DNA of 64,000 nucleotides from Thermoanaerobaculia bacterium (GTDB lineage Bacteria > Acidobacteriota > Thermoanaerobaculia > Multivoradales > Multivoraceae), in contig OY761158.1 in NCBI GenBank assembly GCA_963664405.1, forward strand, positions 1,376,001-1,440,000, written 5' to 3'. Both the position numbers and the translations under genes were made by a program. Below are positions 18,073 through 27,999 of this stretch, piece by piece. The first letter of the stretch is position 1; every line of letters begins with the position of its first letter. Below the pieces are notes generated by a model. It was given only the letters and a program-made list of their open reading frames with translations, was not told the DNA's origin and did not search any database.

Positions 18073-19311
18073 ATGAGAAAAGACACGGAGTCCTCCGTGA
18101 TGTCGCGCCGGCAGTTGCTCTCCTCGACCGGTCTCGGAATCGCCGGCCTGTCAATTCAAGGCCTGGCACGGCCCGCGGAGGCTCTGGCAAGGGCGCAGAC
18201 AGCGGGGCACGACCTCCTTACCACCAGGATCGAAGTGGACGTGGTGCGAGTTACCCACCGAACCAACTGGATCTTCGTGCGACTGGGAACGAATAAGGGG
18301 CTGACGGGCTTGGGAGAGGCTTCTTTGGGCCGAGCCACCTCGCTTCCCGAGCTCGAGCAGTTCTTTGCCTTCATCGACGGAGAATCGCCACTCGACATTC
18401 TCGGCTACCGGAGACGGGCATGGGCAGCCGCAGGCGGCGGAAGGCCTGCGGCGACGGCATTCAGTGCTATCGAGCAGGCACTCTGGGATCTCACTGGGAA
18501 GGCGCTCGGGGCCCCCATCCATCAGCTCTTCGGCGAGCGGAACGCCCGGCCGCTGCCGGTGTACGCAAACATCAACCGAGCGACCACAGAGCGGACACCC
18601 AGCGGATTCGCCGAGAACGCACGTAAAGCGGTCGGCGAAGGATTCAGTGCGATCAAGGCTGCCCCCTTCGATGGCTTTCCCGGCCCGGGCTCGTCCTCGG
18701 CCGATATCCGCAAGGCAGTCGACCTGGGAATCGACTGCATCGCCGAGATGCGATCTGCGATTGGCGACGACGTCAAGCTCAAGATCGACGCCCACAGCAA
18801 CTTCGACGTCGACTTGGCCGTCGACGTAGCTCGGCGGATCGAGCACCTCTCGCTATCGTGGTACGAAGAACCGGTGACGCCGGAAGATCTGGAGTCCACC
18901 TTGGCCATTCGCGACGCCATTTCTCAGCGACTCGCCGGCGGTGAGTTTCTCTTCGCGGTCGAGGGATTCAGGCCTCTGTGTCTGGAGCAAGCAGTGGACG
19001 TCATCATGCCGGACGTCAAACATTGTGGAGGCGTACTCGAGATGAGCAGGATCTCTTCGCTCGGAGAGGCCCAGGGCATCGCAGTAGCACCACACAATCC
19101 GAGCGGACCGGTATCCACCGCGGCCTCCGCTCAGATCTGTAGCGCACTCCCCAACTTCGAGATCCTCGAGTTCCAATGGGGCGAGGCATCCTGGCGGGCA
19201 GACCTGGTAGACCCACCGGAGAACTTTCAGAAAGGGGAGCTCGTCCCCGCCGAAGGACCCGGTCTAGGCGTAACCCTAAACGAAAAGGTCCTGAGAGAGC
19301 ACCTCCTCTAG
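18073..19311 (+). CDS. Mandelate racemase/galactonate dehydratase-like enolase with Tat signal
   Basis: SRRQLL; GLGEA, SAIEQALWDLTGK, K-x-D-A-H, WYEEP, GE, MPDVKHCGG, PHNP. Confidence 0.85.
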   Translation: MRKDTESSVMSRRQLLSSTGLGIAGLSIQGLARPAEALARAQTAGHDLLTTRIEVDVVRVTHRTNWIFVRLGTNKGLTGLGEASLGRATSLPELEQFFAFIDGESPLDILGYRRRAWAAAGGGRPAATAFSAIEQALWDLTGKALGAPIHQLFGERNARPLPVYANINRATTERTPSGFAENARKAVGEGFSAIKAAPFDGFPGPGSSSADIRKAVDLGIDCIAEMRSAIGDDVKLKIDAHSNFDVDLAVDVARRIEHLSLSWYEEPVTPEDLESTLAIRDAISQRLAGGEFLFAVEGFRPLCLEQAVDVIMPDVKHCGGVLEMSRISSLGEAQGIAVAPHNPSGPVSTAASAQICSALPNFEILEFQWGEASWRADLVDPPENFQKGELVPAEGPGLGVTLNEKVLREHLL

Positions 19312-19325
19312 ACCAGCCAACCGCT

Positions 19326-19347
19326 GGAAATGATACCCATCATTTCC
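19326..19347. repeat. Perfect inverted repeat GGAAATGAT-ACCC-ATCATTTCC (copy 2)
   Basis: Lies between convergent genes; same 20-mer as at 11586. Confidence 0.7.
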
Positions 19348-19352
19348 GAAGG

Positions 19353-19964
19353 CTACCCCTTGGCCAACACCTTGGCGTTCTTCTTCTGCTGCTTCTGATA
19401 CTGCTTGGACATCTTGTCCAGAGCTTTCTCGAGCGTCTTCTCCTGCTTGTCAGGATTCTCGGAAACGGTGGCTGTCGCCATGCCGCGCCACACCATCTGC
19501 TCCTTCTTCGCGTCCCAGATATCGATGACTAGGGTGCCCTTGGTGTAAGTCGAGACGGTGGTGCTATAGCTGCCGCCGTAGCCGCCGTAACCACCGTAAT
19601 AGCCACCTCTACGCCAGCCGGAGCCATACCAGCCAGAGCCGTAGCCGTAGCCGAGGCTATCGTGATCGACGCGGAGCTCCTCCTTCTCGGCGGTGTGGTA
19701 GGTCACCCAGAGATCGGGGTCTTGTTGAACCAACTCGCCAGGGCTTGGCGCGGTCTCGAGCTGCCGCTTGATGGCGTTCTGCACCCGAGTATGACCGAGC
19801 TGGTTGGTGTCGCGCAGATCCTCGGGCGACTCACGGAAGGCGAAGGTCTTGTACTGGCTGAAGTCGGCGGTCTCGTCGAAGTCGATGTACACCTTTTGTG
19901 CGGTCAAGGGAGCGGCGAGAACAGCCGCGACGAAACAGATAAGGATGAGCCTATTCGCAGTCAT
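19353..19964 (-). CDS. DUF4136-family exported protein
   Basis: DFDETADFSQYKTF, Gly/Tyr-rich loop, YTKGTLVIDIWDA...VWRG. Confidence 0.85.
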   Translation of the reverse strand: MTANRLILICFVAAVLAAPLTAQKVYIDFDETADFSQYKTFAFRESPEDLRDTNQLGHTRVQNAIKRQLETAPSPGELVQQDPDLWVTYHTAEKEELRVDHDSLGYGYGSGWYGSGWRRGGYYGGYGGYGGSYSTTVSTYTKGTLVIDIWDAKKEQMVWRGMATATVSENPDKQEKTLEKALDKMSKQYQKQQKKNAKVLAKG

Positions 19965-20080
19965 GAGATCTCCAGGGATGGTTTGGAAGGAGGGCCGCTG
20001 CAGAGAAGCCTGCCGCAGAGCGGACGAATCATCAGTCTAGCGAACCTTGTACGCAGCCATCAACCCATCCGCCGAAGCCA

Positions 20081-21760
20081 CTATTCCCCGCTCCCGGCTC
20101 CAGAGTGAAAACGCAAGAGCAGAATGTTCTGGCGGCTGAGCGTCGTCTCGTAGAGAATGCTCTTGCGGGCCTCGGCTTGCGGCGAGAGGGGTTCAAGGCG
20201 ATCCACGGCAGCAAGCACGAGCACTTCCTGGCCTGTCGCCAACTCGGGTGCGAGATCCTCCGGATCGATCTCCTCGAAGTAGATACCTTCGGAGTACAGA
20301 TTGACGTGTCGGAGGATGTACTCGATCCTCCTCGGTAGCCTCAACTCGACCGCCAGGAGCTTGCTCTCCGCAGGCATCTGGGCGACAGCCTCTTCCACCT
20401 TGGCGGCGAGCTCACGCCCCGACTTGCTCGGGTTCAAGGCCGGATAGAGAAAAGTCGAGATCGCGAGCAATAAGACCGCCATCGTCACCGCGGTCGCTCG
20501 GACCACCGTCTCGCTGCGCCCTCGAATCGCCGCCAGGAGAATAGCCCCCCCTCCAACCAGCAGCACGGCGGCGAGAAGAATCGCTGCCGCGAGAAGGTCT
20601 GGATAGAGTCGTTTCGCGGCCAGAGGCGCCGTAATCCCGGCGAGGAGCAGTATCGCGGCACAGAGGCCTTGAGGCACAGTTACCCAACGAGTGCCCGGTC
20701 TTGGCACTCCGGAATCGTCCGACTCCCGAGCCCCGGTGGCCAAAGTGAGCAACCCGGCGATGAGAATCGCCAAGGCGGGAAGGGCCGGAAGTATGTAGAG
20801 GTCGCGCTTCTCGGTCGAGACCGTGAAGAAAGTCACGACGAAGACCGAGTGCAGAAGTAGGTAGCGCGTTCCGGCGTCGCGCCGGTCGCGCCACGCAACC
20901 AACAACGCGCCCGGAAGCAGGAGGCTCCAAGGCGCGAGGGCATAGGGCAGAACCGTGAGGTAATACCAGGGCGGTTGGGCATGGTGCATACCGCGTATGC
21001 CACGCTCCACGAAGTGCTCGCGAAGGGCGCCGGCGACGGTGTAGCCCTCGACGGGGAAGATCGCGACGGAGCCGATCCACAAACCGACGATGGCCACGAA
21101 GAGCAGGGGGCCTGAGAACGGAGCGAAGGAGCGCCACCGGGACAGCGAACGATCCGACAACAAGGTCAGGATCGCGATCCCGACCGGCAGGAGTACTCCG
21201 ACCGGCCCCTTCGCCAGCGCGGCGAGGGCGACTGCCCCCCAGAACACGAGACCAGCGCGTCTCCCCGGCCGCGCACCTGAACGGAACTCTTCGAAAGCGG
21301 AGAGGGCGATCAGGATCAGGAAGCAGAGAAGGGCATCGATCTGTGCCCAACGCGCCTTCTCCCAGAACATATACATGGTTACCAGGATCACCCCTGCGAG
21401 CACGGCGGTGGTGGGACCGTAGATGCGTCGCGCGAGTCGAAGGGTCAAAGCGACCGTGCCCAGTGCCGCCAGCATCGACGGAAGCCGCGCGGTAAAGGAC
21501 GAGACGCTTCCGAAGGGCATCGAGAAGAGAGCGATCAACCAAAAGAACAGCGGCGGCTTGTCGCTCGACACCTGGCCGTTGATGTGGGGTACCAGCCATT
21601 GACCATCCGCAATCATCTCGCGAGCGCCCTCGGCGAAGTAGGGCTCGTCGGGCGCCCAGACGTCGTAGCCCCAAAGGTTCCAAACGAACAGGGCCGCCGC
21701 CAGGACCAGCAGCGCTCGTCTCTGCGATTCGTAGTTGCCGAGGAAGCTCTGGGGAAGCAT
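20081..21760 (-). CDS. ArnT/PMT-family (GT39/GT83-like) glycosyltransferase
   Basis: PDEPYFAEGAREM...WLVP, DKPPLFFW, ARLPS, LAKGPVG, KRDLYILP. Confidence 0.9.
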   Translation of the reverse strand: MLPQSFLGNYESQRRALLVLAAALFVWNLWGYDVWAPDEPYFAEGAREMIADGQWLVPHINGQVSSDKPPLFFWLIALFSMPFGSVSSFTARLPSMLAALGTVALTLRLARRIYGPTTAVLAGVILVTMYMFWEKARWAQIDALLCFLILIALSAFEEFRSGARPGRRAGLVFWGAVALAALAKGPVGVLLPVGIAILTLLSDRSLSRWRSFAPFSGPLLFVAIVGLWIGSVAIFPVEGYTVAGALREHFVERGIRGMHHAQPPWYYLTVLPYALAPWSLLLPGALLVAWRDRRDAGTRYLLLHSVFVVTFFTVSTEKRDLYILPALPALAILIAGLLTLATGARESDDSGVPRPGTRWVTVPQGLCAAILLLAGITAPLAAKRLYPDLLAAAILLAAVLLVGGGAILLAAIRGRSETVVRATAVTMAVLLLAISTFLYPALNPSKSGRELAAKVEEAVAQMPAESKLLAVELRLPRRIEYILRHVNLYSEGIYFEEIDPEDLAPELATGQEVLVLAAVDRLEPLSPQAEARKSILYETTLSRQNILLLRFHSGAGSGE

Positions 21761-21782
21761 GCGGTCGACTCTCCTCCACCCG

Positions 21783-23636
21783 CTACTCGGCTCGCTCCGG
21801 CATCCAACTCTCGAGCCAGTACTGGAACATCACCAGAGCCCAAAGCGGGCGAGCGTGGTTCCTCGCTCCGGATCGGTGCTCGGCGAGAGTCCGCTCTACG
21901 AAGAGTGGGCTGAAGATCTCCTGCTTGCCAAGGCGAGCCGGGTCGAGAAGACGATCGACCTCGGCGCGCAGACCCTTATCGATCCAATCCGCGATCGGAA
22001 CACTGAGGCCGCGCTTCTTGCGATGAATCAGCGCCGATGGTATCCACTCTTCGGCAGCCTTCTTCAGCAGCCACTTGGTCTTCACCCCACGGAGCCGGTC
22101 CCGCACCGGCAAGCCCAGAGCGGCGATGGTGAGCTGCGCGTCGAGAAAGGGTGCCCGCGCCTCTAGAGAGCTGAGCATGGTCGCTCGGTCGATCTTGACC
22201 AGTAGGCCATCGCGAAGGTAAGTGGCGTAGTCGAGCAGCATCGCGCCGGCGAGCCCGGAGGGGAGGGTGTCGGTGAGAGTGCTCGGAAATGCGCTAACGG
22301 TCTTCGCCTCCAGCAGGGCACCTTGAGCCCCCGCACCGAACCATGCCTCATGCCGTACAAGCATGGGCTCACCCAACTGGTCGAAGAAGCGAGACAACAG
22401 ATACTGCAACGGCACCTTCTGCCGTGAAGCAGGCAAGCTGTCGACCAGCCGACCCAGAGGCCTTATCAGCCTTCCGAGCGCTCCCTCGAGCATTCCGGCA
22501 AAGCGATGCCCCACATAGGTCGGATAACCGCCGAAGAGCTCATCCGCACCTTCGCCGCTCAAGGCAACAGTGACATGCTCGCGAGCTTCACGGGCGATCA
22601 AGTAGGTCGGAAGAACAGCCGGGTCCGCTATGGGCTCCGCAACTCCGGAAGTAACCGCGTGCAGAGCCTCGGAAAGCGAAGCGGGGTCGACGACGACTTC
22701 GTGATGATAGGAACCGATGCGGCGAGCGAACTCGGCCGCCAGGTTGCCTTCGTCGTACGAGTCGTCGCTGAAACGTGCAGTGAAGGTGTGGAGTCGCTCG
22801 CTCATTTCTTCCGCAGCGATATTGGCGAGGAGGGCTGAATCGAGCCCACCGCTGAGAAACACACCCACCGGGACGTCCGCCTGCAGCTGCGAGGTGACCG
22901 CGTCACGCAGCAGCCGACGCAGATCGACAACCGAGAGAGTCGTGGTTTCTGCTTCGGTGGCGAAAGCCTCGGGAGTCCAATAGCGCTCGCAAGACTCGTC
23001 ATGGTCCTTGAAGCGTAGCCAACTCCCGGCGGGGACTTTGCGAATCTCGCGGAACAGAGTGCGCGGCTCCGGAACGTAGCCGAGCGTGAGGTATTGATGC
23101 AGCGCTTCGAAGTCGAGGCTTCGCGTCAGCACTCCCCCTACCAGCAGGGTCTGAATCTCGGAGGCGAACCAGACCTCGTTCCCGACCCGCGCATAGAAGA
23201 GTGGCTTCTCCCCCGCCCGGTCCCGCGCCAGCAGCAAGGTATCGGCCTCGCCGTCCCACACCGCAAGGCCGAACATACCTTCCAGGGCGGCGACACCCTG
23301 GGCTCCCTGCTCGAGATACAGGGGAAGGATGACCTCGACATCGCAGCGAGTCGTGAAGGGATAGGCAGGATGACGCTGCCTCAGCTCGAGGTGGTTGTAG
23401 ATCTCGCCGTTACAAGCGATCCAGGTGCGTCGTTCCGGGCTGCTGAAGGGCTGGTCGGCTCGTTCACGAAGATCGATCACCCGCAGCCGGCGGCAGCCGA
23501 GCCCGACGTGACCCGCGACATGAGTGTTGCCACCATCGGGCCCGCGGTGGCGAAGAGAGACCGCCATATCCTCGAGCAGATCGGGAAAGCGCAAGGGCTC
23601 CCCCAGAGTCGAATACATGCCGAAGATCCCGCACAC
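21783..23636 (-). CDS. asnB: Asparagine synthase (glutamine-hydrolysing)-family amidotransferase
   Basis: MCGI, HRGPD, NGEIYN, RDRAGEKPLFY, LSGGLDS, SGEGADELFGGY, LEARAPFLD. Confidence 0.93.
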   Translation of the reverse strand: MCGIFGMYSTLGEPLRFPDLLEDMAVSLRHRGPDGGNTHVAGHVGLGCRRLRVIDLRERADQPFSSPERRTWIACNGEIYNHLELRQRHPAYPFTTRCDVEVILPLYLEQGAQGVAALEGMFGLAVWDGEADTLLLARDRAGEKPLFYARVGNEVWFASEIQTLLVGGVLTRSLDFEALHQYLTLGYVPEPRTLFREIRKVPAGSWLRFKDHDESCERYWTPEAFATEAETTTLSVVDLRRLLRDAVTSQLQADVPVGVFLSGGLDSALLANIAAEEMSERLHTFTARFSDDSYDEGNLAAEFARRIGSYHHEVVVDPASLSEALHAVTSGVAEPIADPAVLPTYLIAREAREHVTVALSGEGADELFGGYPTYVGHRFAGMLEGALGRLIRPLGRLVDSLPASRQKVPLQYLLSRFFDQLGEPMLVRHEAWFGAGAQGALLEAKTVSAFPSTLTDTLPSGLAGAMLLDYATYLRDGLLVKIDRATMLSSLEARAPFLDAQLTIAALGLPVRDRLRGVKTKWLLKKAAEEWIPSALIHRKKRGLSVPIADWIDKGLRAEVDRLLDPARLGKQEIFSPLFVERTLAEHRSGARNHARPLWALVMFQYWLESWMPERAE

Positions 23637-23710
23637 GATGACTACACCCAGCCCACCGAGCAGGCTCTCAACCAGGTTGATAGGCTGCGATTATAACCAG
23701 GGAGTCTTGC

Positions 23711-24199
23711 ATGCCGAAATCGCTCGTCATCTTGTGTTTTGTCGCCGGCGCGGCCCTGTCTTGGGGGTTCTATGTGCCTACGGTTCACCGCGCTTCAGTC
23801 CTGCTGAATAGCAATCTCCGCGCTTTCCTCTTCGTCGGCATTGCGTACTTTCTGGTCGCCGTTCTGGTGCCGGTGTTCTTGATCTTCGTGCTGAAGGTCG
23901 ATCCCACCGCCAAGGCAGTGCCAAACTTCGACTTCGGGCCCATGATGTGGGGAATCGCCGCCGGAGTCTCCGGAGCCGTTGGAGCCCTCTGTATCATCTT
24001 CGCCGTTACCAAGGCGGGGCCAGGCGGTGCCATCTACGTGGCTCCGTTGGTCTTCGCCGGCGCGCCGATCGTGAATACCATCGCCACCATGACCCTCTTC
24101 CACCCGGTCAAGACCATGCCGGACTGGCGCTTCTTCTTCGGCCTCGCTCTCGCCGCCGGAGGCATGGTGATGGTGACGATCTTCAAACCGTCGAGTTGA
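23711..24199 (+). CDS. Small 5-TM membrane protein (DMT/EamA-like)
   Basis: Hydrophobic helices, PLVFAGAPIVN motif, GGAG RBS. Confidence 0.65.
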   Translation: MPKSLVILCFVAGAALSWGFYVPTVHRASVLLNSNLRAFLFVGIAYFLVAVLVPVFLIFVLKVDPTAKAVPNFDFGPMMWGIAAGVSGAVGALCIIFAVTKAGPGGAIYVAPLVFAGAPIVNTIATMTLFHPVKTMPDWRFFFGLALAAGGMVMVTIFKPSS

Positions 24200-27100
24200 A
24201 TTCCTCGCGAACGGCGGGCCCGGCTTCCGCTCCGCGGCAGATCCCTGCGATCCGCTTTCCGGAAGATCTCCCGATCTCGCAGAAGCGAGAGGAGATCGGC
24301 GCCGCGATACGCGACCACCAGGTCGTTATCGTCTGTGGCGAGACCGGCTCGGGAAAGACCACACAGCTCCCCAAGATCTGTCTCGATCAAGGCCGGGGTC
24401 GGCGCCAGCGCATCGGGCACACGCAGCCTCGTCGCATTGCGGCGCGCGCGGTGGCGGAGCGCATCGCCGAAGAGCTCGACAGCGAGCTCGGCGAGCTCGT
24501 CGGCTACAAAGTGCGCTTCTCCGATCGAACCACTCCAAAGGTTGCAGTGAAGCTGATGACCGACGGCATCCTCCTCAACGAGATCCAGCGGGACCCTCTG
24601 CTGCGCGAATACGACACCTTGATCCTCGACGAAGCTCACGAGCGCAGCCTCAACGTCGATTTTCTTCTCGGCTACATGAAGCGGATTCTCCCGCGGCGAC
24701 CGGAGCTGCGGGTGATCATCACCTCCGCCACTATCCAGCCCGAGGCTTTCGCCGACCATTTCGGCGCGGCGCCGATCATCGAGGTCTCAGGGAGGACTTA
24801 CCCCGTGGAGGTTGTCTATCGGCCCGTCGATGAAGACGCCGAGGAAGACAACGATTATGATCTGCAGCTACTGGGTGCCGTCGAAGAAACCCTGGACTAC
24901 GGTCCGGGGGACATCCTCATCTTCTTCTCTGGAGAACGTGAGATCCGCGAGGCCGGCGAGCTCCTCGAGCGGCACTATCGAGACCGTCTGCAAGTACTCC
25001 CTCTCTTCGGGCGTCTCGCCTCCGACGATCAGCACCGAATCTTCAGTCCCGGAGCTCAGCGCCGCGTCGTTCTCGCCACCAATATCGCCGAGACCTCCCT
25101 GACCGTCCCTGGGGTCCGCTACGTCATCGATACCGGGCGGGCTCGCATCAGCCGGTTCAACCCCCGTACCAAGGTGCAGCGCCTCCCGATCGAGCCGATC
25201 TCCAAGGCCAGCGCCAAGCAGCGAGCCGGACGTTGTGGTCGCGTCGCCGACGGAGTGTGCACTCGCCTCTACTCAGAGGAAGATTTCGAGGAGCGCGACG
25301 ACTTCACTCCTCCCGAGATCCTGCGAACCAACCTCGCGGCGGTGATCCTTCAGATGAAAGTCATGGGGCTTGGCGACCTCGAGGACTTTCCCTTTCTCGA
25401 CCCCCCCGACCCTCGAGCAGGCCGAGCAGGCCTACGCCTGCTCCAAGAGCTTGGCGCCCTCGACGAGCAAGGACAGCCGACTGAATTGGGGCGAAGGCTC
25501 AGTCGCTTTCCGGTCGATCCCAGAATCGGCCGCATCATCCTCGCCGCCCACGACCGAGGATGTCTACGAGCGGCCTTGATCATCGCCTCGGCCCTGAGCA
25601 TCCAGGACCCTCGGGAGCGACCGAGCGACAACCCAGAGGCAGCCGATCAAAGCCACGCCCGCTTCGACGACCCACGCTCGGACTTTCTCGGAATCCTAAA
25701 ACTCTGGGATGAGCTTCTGAGCAAGAGGGAGTCACTGTCGCGCAACCAGTTTCGCAAGTGGTGCAAGGCCTCCTTTCTGTCGGCCTCCAGAGTGCGGGAG
25801 TGGAGCGAGGTCCATCGCCAGCTCGGCCAGATCTGCCGCGAGCTGCGAGGGATGCGTCTGCCCAGAGCGCAAGGGCCGGTCGGAGAGCTCGACGAGGCCG
25901 GCTATGCAGCGCTACATCGGGCCCTCCTCACCGGCCTACTCTCCAATGTAGGCAACCGAGAAGAAGAGGGCTCGCGCTATCGGGGAACGGCCAACAAGAC
26001 CTTCTGGGTGTTTCCCGGATCGGCGCTGTTCAGGAAACAGCCGAAGTGGATCGTCACCGCTGAGCTGGTCGAGACCGCTCGTCTCTACGGTCGAAGATGC
26101 GCGGCCTGCGAGCCGAAGTGGATCGAGGAGGTTGCCACCCATCTACTGAAGCGCTCGCACTCCGAGCCGTGGTGGGACTCTCGCAGCGGCCTCGTCATGG
26201 CCAAGGAGAGTGTGAGCTACTCGGGCCTGGTCCTCGCTGCGGGCCGTCGAGTGGACTTCGGCCCGATCGATCCGACTGCCGCGCGCGAGATCTTCTTACG
26301 CTCCGCGCTCACCGAAGGTCGTCTTCGCAAGGCTGAGGCGCTGCTGGATCACAATCGTAGACTCATCGTCGAGATCGCTGACCTCGAGGACAAGGCACGA
26401 CGCCGCAACATTTTCGTCGGTGAAGAGGCCCTCTACCGCCTCTACGAGCAACGAGTTCCGTCGGCAGTACGGGACGCCCCTTCTTTCGAGGCCTGGCGAC
26501 GTCGAGAAGAGTCGGCGACGCAGCTGCTGCGGTTCACCCGCGAAGACCTCGTCCTCGAAGGAGCCGGCGAGCTCGACTCCAACGACTTTCCCCACACTTG
26601 GCGAATCGGCGAGCTCGAGCTACCGCTCAGCTACCATTTCGAGCCCGGCAGCCAAGAAGACGGGGTCAGTGTCGAGGTTCCGCTGGCTCTCCTCGGCGGA
26701 CTGCGGCCAGAGCCTTTCGAGTGGCTTGTACCCGGCTATCTCTCTGAAAAGGTTCTGGCCTTGGTCCGCACGCTGCCAAAGAGGCAGCGCAAGAGCTTTC
26801 TGCCACTGGCCGAGACGGCGGACGCCTTCCTCGACCTTCGCGAGGCGAGAAGCCCATCGCTCCTTGCCTCCCTGCAGAGCTTCCTCGAGCGTCGCGGCGG
26901 ATTTCAGCTCGGGCCTCGTCCTTTCGACGAGCAACGCGTACCCGAGTATCTACGCGTTCGCTTCGTTGTCGTCGGCGATGAGGGCAAGCCGTTGGGCGAA
27001 GGCAGAGACCTCTCGGAGCTTCAGGAGAGGCTCGCAGCCCAGACTCGGGAAGAGATTGCGACGCTGTCGGCCGGCTCCCCGTGGGAGCGCCCCGCACTCC

Positions 27101-27963
27101 AAGCCTGGGACTTTGGCGAGCTGCCGGAGGCCGTAGAGATCGTAGGAGGGGGATCTCGCCTTCTCGCCTTTCCGGCGCTCATCGACCGCGGCGAATCTGT
27201 CGACCTGGGCCTCTCCGACACTGCTGAGCGGGCGACGCTCCTGAGTCTGGTCGGAGTCAGCCGCTTGCTGCTACTAACACTTCCGGAACAGGACGAAGTG
27301 GCACGAAAGGCAATGCCGACGAGCCTAGACATGCGCCTCCGAGTCCTCCCTTCGTGCCCTTTTCCTGGCAGTCTCGCCGCTACCGAGCGCAGTCCCGGCT
27401 CAGAGCTTGTTCTCGCCGCCGCCCGCAGCCTGGTTAGCTTGCTGCCACGAACGTCTTCAGACTTCCGCGAGATCCGGGAAATCCTCCGAGGAAGGCTTTG
27501 GCAACGGGCAAGCGAGCTTGCCGGTCTCGCCGAAAGCTGTCTCGAAGGCGCGAGCCTGGTTGCCGGTCGGATTGCCTCATGGCAGCCCGGCCAGACTCGC
27601 ACAGACATCGAGAGCCAACTACAGCACCTATTCTTCCGGGGCTTCCTGCTTTACACGCCCTATCGCTGGCTCCCCCGCCTCCGTTGCTATCTACATGGGC
27701 TTGAGCTTCGTCTCGACAAAGCGAGTCAGGATGCCCACCGCGACCTGCAGCCTCTGGCCGACCTAGAACCTGTTTGGCAGCCCTTCTTGGCTGCGGCGAA
27801 GGAGCACCTGGAGGCCGACAGCGACCGCGAGCCTTGGATCGACTACCGGTTTCGCATAGAGGAGCTGCGGCTGTCGATCTTCGCGCAAGAAGTGAAGACT
27901 GCGATGCCGGTATCGACAAAACGCCTTTCCAAGCTATGGGGCGAGCTGGTCGATGACCCCTAG
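24196..27963 (+). CDS. hrpA: ATP-dependent RNA helicase HrpA
   Basis: GETGSGKTTQLPK, DEAHERS, TSAT, ATNIAETSLT, QRAGRCGR, C-terminal IEELRLSIFAQ; TTG start inferred. Confidence 0.95.
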   Translation: MNSSRTAGPASAPRQIPAIRFPEDLPISQKREEIGAAIRDHQVVIVCGETGSGKTTQLPKICLDQGRGRRQRIGHTQPRRIAARAVAERIAEELDSELGELVGYKVRFSDRTTPKVAVKLMTDGILLNEIQRDPLLREYDTLILDEAHERSLNVDFLLGYMKRILPRRPELRVIITSATIQPEAFADHFGAAPIIEVSGRTYPVEVVYRPVDEDAEEDNDYDLQLLGAVEETLDYGPGDILIFFSGEREIREAGELLERHYRDRLQVLPLFGRLASDDQHRIFSPGAQRRVVLATNIAETSLTVPGVRYVIDTGRARISRFNPRTKVQRLPIEPISKASAKQRAGRCGRVADGVCTRLYSEEDFEERDDFTPPEILRTNLAAVILQMKVMGLGDLEDFPFLDPPDPRAGRAGLRLLQELGALDEQGQPTELGRRLSRFPVDPRIGRIILAAHDRGCLRAALIIASALSIQDPRERPSDNPEAADQSHARFDDPRSDFLGILKLWDELLSKRESLSRNQFRKWCKASFLSASRVREWSEVHRQLGQICRELRGMRLPRAQGPVGELDEAGYAALHRALLTGLLSNVGNREEEGSRYRGTANKTFWVFPGSALFRKQPKWIVTAELVETARLYGRRCAACEPKWIEEVATHLLKRSHSEPWWDSRSGLVMAKESVSYSGLVLAAGRRVDFGPIDPTAAREIFLRSALTEGRLRKAEALLDHNRRLIVEIADLEDKARRRNIFVGEEALYRLYEQRVPSAVRDAPSFEAWRRREESATQLLRFTREDLVLEGAGELDSNDFPHTWRIGELELPLSYHFEPGSQEDGVSVEVPLALLGGLRPEPFEWLVPGYLSEKVLALVRTLPKRQRKSFLPLAETADAFLDLREARSPSLLASLQSFLERRGGFQLGPRPFDEQRVPEYLRVRFVVVGDEGKPLGEGRDLSELQERLAAQTREEIATLSAGSPWERPALQAWDFGELPEAVEIVGGGSRLLAFPALIDRGESVDLGLSDTAERATLLSLVGVSRLLLLTLPEQDEVARKAMPTSLDMRLRVLPSCPFPGSLAATERSPGSELVLAAARSLVSLLPRTSSDFREIREILRGRLWQRASELAGLAESCLEGASLVAGRIASWQPGQTRTDIESQLQHLFFRGFLLYTPYRWLPRLRCYLHGLELRLDKASQDAHRDLQPLADLEPVWQPFLAAAKEHLEADSDREPWIDYRFRIEELRLSIFAQEVKTAMPVSTKRLSKLWGELVDDP

Positions 27964-27999
27964 TCTCGGCGCCCCCCGAACCGTCTCGAGTGCCTGGCG

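Noticed and set aside
19308-19327. CTAGACCAGC matching the left end of element copy B
   Set aside because: Only 10 bp and includes a stop codon; too short to call as a copy.
19560-19660. Tandem GCCGTA/CCGTA-like repeats
   Set aside because: They encode the Gly/Tyr-rich loop normal for DUF4136 proteins.
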